In this document: positions 60,065 to 64,000 of the stretch, one piece after another
How positions within the stretch are numbered: the first letter of the stretch is position 1
Layout: each line of letters begins with the position of its first letter
Assembly: GCA_019425005.1 (NCBI GenBank)
Contig: JAHYYK010000004.1
Span: 626-64,625 of the forward strand
DNA: 64,000 nt
Direction: 5' to 3'
Source of the DNA: Collinsella sp.
GTDB lineage: Bacteria > Actinomycetota > Coriobacteriia > Coriobacteriales > Coriobacteriaceae
Position numbers and translations under genes: made by a program
Notes under the pieces: generated by a model
The model's database searches: none
What the model was told of the DNA's origin: nothing
Seen by the model: the letters and a program-made list of their open reading frames with translations, nothing else

Positions 60065-61297
60065 CTAGGCTAGACCCCAAAACAGCTCGAACAGCACATT
60101 TCCATCGAGCCAGCCCAAGTGGGTGGGCGCTAAACGAGCACGGACATGGCCCGCGAGGACGTCTGCCGAAGTGAAGGGTCCCTCATGGACTCCGAGCGTC
60201 TCGGGCACCCAAGTGGCAAGACCCAATTCGAGCGCGCGATCGCAGACAGCTGCCAGCTCGCCCGTTGGGATGACGCAAGCTGCACGAACCAACAGATCGG
60301 ACGCAATACCGCGCGTCAAGCGACAAGCGAGCATCAGGTCTTCAGCCGCAGCCTCACGCTGCGACAGATATTCGGCCTCGAACGCCGTCGCGTCATCGTC
60401 ACGTTGCACCAGACGCACGCGGTACGAATCGCCTCGAGAAGACACGCCGGGGAACAAACCTGCAAGACGATCGAAATCCTCGGCATCGAGCATGCCCGCG
60501 GCAGAGCGACCCAGGCCCAAATAGCCCTGGCCGGTCCAGTAGGCAATGTTATGGGCGCACTCATGTCCGTCGAGCGCATAGCTTGCCACCTCATACGGGT
60601 GATAGCCGGCCGCACCCAGACGCTCACGCGCCACATCCATGCACGAAGCTTGAAAATCCTCGTCGGGCTCTACCGACTCGTCGCGGCACGCCATGCGATA
60701 AAGGGGAGTCCCCTCCTCAAGCGTGAGCGGGTAGACCGACACATGATGCGGAGCCGCCGCCAGCACGCCATCGAGCGTGCGCCTCCAACTCGCTGCGGTC
60801 TGCCCGGGAAGTCCGCACATAAGGTCGCACGACACGTCAAGCCCAGCGTTCTTGACTGTCGCGATGGCGGCGAGCGCCCGATCGGCATCGTGAATACGGC
60901 CGATAGCGGTAAGTTCGATGTTATCGAGCGTTTGCACGCCCAGAGAGACGCGTGTGACACCAACCTTGGCAAGCGCAGCGGCAAGCTCGGCGGTCAGCGA
61001 CTCGGGATTGGCCTCGCAGGTAAACTCAACGGGGGCGCACCACGCACGAATACGCCGCGCCAGCTCCACCAGGCGCTCCCCCGCCAGCGACGGCGTACCA
61101 CCGCCAACATAGACGGTGCGGATCTGTTCAAGGGCCCTAGCCTTGCCAAAAGCATCGAGGCGCGCGAACAACTGCTCAAAATAGACATCGAGCGCAGCGC
61201 TCAGGTCGCACGGAGCAAAACTGCGCGAGTCAAAGTCGCAGTACCGGCACTTTTGGGCGCAAAACGGCACGTGCACGTACAGCGCGGTAACGGCCAC
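60065..61297 (-). CDS. hemW: Radical SAM heme chaperone HemW-like
   Basis: LYVHVPFC..KC.YCDF, GGGTPS, HN..YW. Confidence 0.9.
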   Translation of the reverse strand: MAVTALYVHVPFCAQKCRYCDFDSRSFAPCDLSAALDVYFEQLFARLDAFGKARALEQIRTVYVGGGTPSLAGERLVELARRIRAWCAPVEFTCEANPESLTAELAAALAKVGVTRVSLGVQTLDNIELTAIGRIHDADRALAAIATVKNAGLDVSCDLMCGLPGQTAASWRRTLDGVLAAAPHHVSVYPLTLEEGTPLYRMACRDESVEPDEDFQASCMDVARERLGAAGYHPYEVASYALDGHECAHNIAYWTGQGYLGLGRSAAGMLDAEDFDRLAGLFPGVSSRGDSYRVRLVQRDDDATAFEAEYLSQREAAAEDLMLACRLTRGIASDLLVRAACVIPTGELAAVCDRALELGLATWVPETLGVHEGPFTSADVLAGHVRARLAPTHLGWLDGNVLFELFWGLA

Positions 61298-61299
61298 CC

Positions 61300-62343
61300 T
61301 TAAGCCTCCAGCGGATGTGGAGGCACCGATTCGCCGGCGGCAAGGGCAGCCTCGCAGGCCACCACATCGCGCTCGATCTCATCGACCAGCGCCATAAACT
61401 CCTCGTAAGTGGAACAGCGCACCACATGGGCACGCCAAGCGGCGGCATGGGGCATGCCTTTTAAGTACCAGCTTGCGTACGTACGGGCACGCGACATGAG
61501 CGGCAGGAGCTCATGCGTCAGCGTTAGGTGCTCACGCAGGGCGTCTAGGCGCTCAACGGAGCTGCGCGCCGGCACCGGCATGCCATCGAGCGCAAGGGCG
61601 CGAGCATCACCGAACACCCACGGATTGCCGTAGATGCCGCGCGCGATAAACACCGCGCTGGCACCAGAACTGCGCAGATGCTCCGCGGCATCCTCGGCGC
61701 AGAACACATCACCCGAACCAATCACGGGAATCTCGACGGCGTCGGCAACCTCATCGACAACCGACCAATCGGCCTGGCCGGTGTAGAGCTGCGTGGCACA
61801 ACGACCGTGCACGGCAACTGCAGAGGCGCCCGCCCCTTCAAGCATCTGGGCAAACGTTGCGGCGTTGCGGTCCTCGGCATAAAAACCCTTGCGGATCTTC
61901 ACGGTCACGGGAACATGCGCCGCGCCCACCGCTGCCTCGACAATCTTCTCGGCCAGGTCGGGCGTGCGCATAAGCGCCGAGCCTTCGCCCTTAGTAACGA
62001 CCTTGCGAGCCGGACAGGCCATGTTGATATCAATCAATGACAGGCGATCGCCCACACGCTCCTCGACGGCGGCGACGGCACTCGCAAACTGATCGGGCTT
62101 GGAACCAAAGAGCTGCACGCAGATCTGCTGCTCCTCGTCGGCCGGCAACACCAGGCGCCACGTCTTGTTGCTGGCATAGGCAAGGCCCGCAACGCTCACC
62201 ATCTCGCTGTAGGCAAGGTTGGCACCGCGGCGGCGACACATGATGCGATAGGCGGGGTCGGTTACGCCCGCCATGGGAGCCATAAGGAACGGCTGCTCGG
62301 CATAGGCGCCCAGCAGCCGCTTGCTGTATTCAGAAAGCGCCAT
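61300..62343 (-). CDS. dusB: tRNA dihydrouridine synthase
   Basis: APMAGVTD, DINMACP, VHGR. Confidence 0.88.
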   Translation of the reverse strand: MALSEYSKRLLGAYAEQPFLMAPMAGVTDPAYRIMCRRRGANLAYSEMVSVAGLAYASNKTWRLVLPADEEQQICVQLFGSKPDQFASAVAAVEERVGDRLSLIDINMACPARKVVTKGEGSALMRTPDLAEKIVEAAVGAAHVPVTVKIRKGFYAEDRNAATFAQMLEGAGASAVAVHGRCATQLYTGQADWSVVDEVADAVEIPVIGSGDVFCAEDAAEHLRSSGASAVFIARGIYGNPWVFGDARALALDGMPVPARSSVERLDALREHLTLTHELLPLMSRARTYASWYLKGMPHAAAWRAHVVRCSTYEEFMALVDEIERDVVACEAALAAGESVPPHPLEA

Positions 62344-62348
62344 GGGAC

Positions 62349-64000
62349 CTACTCGTCCACCTTGAGGATCGCCATAAAGGCCTCCTGCGGGACCTCGACC
62401 GAACCGATGGCCTTCATGCGCTTCTTACCCTCTTTCTGCTTCTCGAGCAGCTTGCGCTTACGCGAGATATCGCCGCCGTAGCACTTGGCAAGCACGTCCT
62501 TGCGGCGTGCCTTAACGGTGGAGCGGGCGATGATCTTGTTGCCGATAGCGCCCTGGATGGGCACCTCGAACAGCTGGCGTGGAATGATTTCCTTGAGTTT
62601 GTCGCACAGCCCGCGGGCCAGGCCATAGGCCTTGTCCTTGTGCACGATAAACGAAAGCGCGTCCACCTCATCGCCCGAAAGCAGGATATCGAGCTTGACG
62701 AGCTCGGAGGGACGATACTCGTTGAACTCATAGTCGAGCGAGGCATAGCCCTTGGTGCGACTCTTGAGCTGGTCAAAGAAGTCCAGGATGAGCTCGGCGA
62801 GTGGCATGTCAAAGCGCATCTCGACCGATTTGCTCGTGAGATGGATCATGTCGGTCGTAATGCCGCGGTGCTCGATAGCGAGCTGCATGACGGCACCCGT
62901 ATACTCGGGCGGGCAGATAATCTTGGCCTTGAGGTAAGGCTCCTCGATGCGCTCGATGCGCGTAGCCTCGGGCAGATCCTGCGGGCTGCGAACATCAATC
63001 ATCTCGCCGTCAGTCTTGTAGACGTGATAATCCACCGAAGGGCTCGTGGCAATCAGGTCCAGGTTGAACTCGCGCTCCAAGCGCTCCTTGACGACCTCCA
63101 TATGCAACAGGCCCAAGAAGCCCACGCGGAAGCCAAAGCCGAGCGCCACCGAGGTCTCGGGTTCCCACACCAACGACGGGTCGTTGACATGCAGCTTATC
63201 GAGAGCGTCACGCAGGTTCTCGTAATCCTTGTTATCGATGGGGAACAGGCCTGTGTAGACCATGGGCTTGGCCTCGCGATAGCCGGGAAGTGGCTCGGGG
63301 CAGGGATTCGACGCCCACGTGAGGGTATCGCCCACGCGTACGGCCTCGGGATCCTTCAGGCCCGTGACCACGTAGCCCACCTCGCCGACCGTCAGCGCAT
63401 CGACCGGGGTCTCGGCGGGACGCTTGACGCCCACGCCATCGACCAAAAAGTCGCCCTTGGCCTGCATCATTCGCAGGGTATCGCCCTTCTTGATGGAGCC
63501 GTCAAAGACACGGACCGTGGCAACGACGCCGCGGTACTCATCGAAATACGAGTCCAGGATGAGCGCCTTGAGCGGCGCGTTTGCATCGCCCTTGGGCGGT
63601 GAGATCAAAAAGACGATGGACTCCAGCAGGTCGTGGATACCCTCGCCGGTCTTGCCCGATACGCATACGGCATCGTCGGCGGGAATCGCCAGGTCATCCT
63701 CGATCTCGGTCTTGACCTCATCGGGGTGCGCCGACGGCAGGTCGATCTTATTGATGGCGGGCACGATATCCAGGTTGGCGTTCATGGCGAGCGTCGCGTT
63801 GGAGACGGTCTGGGCCTCGACGCCCTGCGTGGCGTCGACGACGAGCACTGCGCCCTCGCAGGCGGCCAGCGAACGCGAGACCTCGTAGGTAAAGTCCACG
63901 TGGCCCGGCGTATCGATCAGGTTGAACTGATACGTCTCGCCATCGTCGGCGTCATAGGAAACGCGAACGGCATTAGACTTGATCGTGATGCCGCGCTCGC
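62349..64000 (-). CDS. lepA: Elongation factor 4 (5' end beyond window)
   Basis: [45 protein letters not shown]. Confidence 0.98.
   Translation of the reverse strand, partial: ERGITIKSNAVRVSYDADDGETYQFNLIDTPGHVDFTYEVSRSLAACEGAVLVVDATQGVEAQTVSNATLAMNANLDIVPAINKIDLPSAHPDEVKTEIEDDLAIPADDAVCVSGKTGEGIHDLLESIVFLISPPKGDANAPLKALILDSYFDEYRGVVATVRVFDGSIKKGDTLRMMQAKGDFLVDGVGVKRPAETPVDALTVGEVGYVVTGLKDPEAVRVGDTLTWASNPCPEPLPGYREAKPMVYTGLFPIDNKDYENLRDALDKLHVNDPSLVWEPETSVALGFGFRVGFLGLLHMEVVKERLEREFNLDLIATSPSVDYHVYKTDGEMIDVRSPQDLPEATRIERIEEPYLKAKIICPPEYTGAVMQLAIEHRGITTDMIHLTSKSVEMRFDMPLAELILDFFDQLKSRTKGYASLDYEFNEYRPSELVKLDILLSGDEVDALSFIVHKDKAYGLARGLCDKLKEIIPRQLFEVPIQGAIGNKIIARSTVKARRKDVLAKCYGGDISRKRKLLEKQKEGKKRMKAIGSVEVPQEAFMAILKVDE

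Overview
High-GC chromosomal window, probably from a Coriobacteriaceae (Collinsella-like) gut actinobacterium; the taxonomy is inferred from gene content and style. Housekeeping genes lie on the minus strand at both ends: rimO-yajQ-rodZ-ftsK-rnj-pnp on the left, and rpsO-recO-era-dgkA-ybeY-phoH-mtaB-dnaJ x2-hemW-dusB-lepA on the right. An apparently complete ~41.65 kb temperate siphovirus prophage with an HK97-type head is integrated into the last codons of rpsO; the 11-bp core TACTGGATGTT occurs at 10590 and 52241. The main result is a compact diversity-generating retroelement (DGR) in the tail module. A 102-bp template repeat (14363-14464) and a variable repeat (14583-14684) at the C-terminus of a tail/receptor-binding protein differ at 16 positions, all of them template adenines. 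Next to them is a reverse transcriptase whose usual DGR 'SQ' motif reads 'CL', and no avd-like accessory gene is recognisable. Also seen: a detailed att-site architecture, a 15-16 bp motif shared between the rpsO-side att junction and the putative packaging region, two inverted copies of a covarying structured repeat flanking a lower-GC acetyltransferase, a -1 tail-chaperone frameshift, an iteron-like origin, and a nonsense-interrupted phage gene. All alignments and counts were done by hand.
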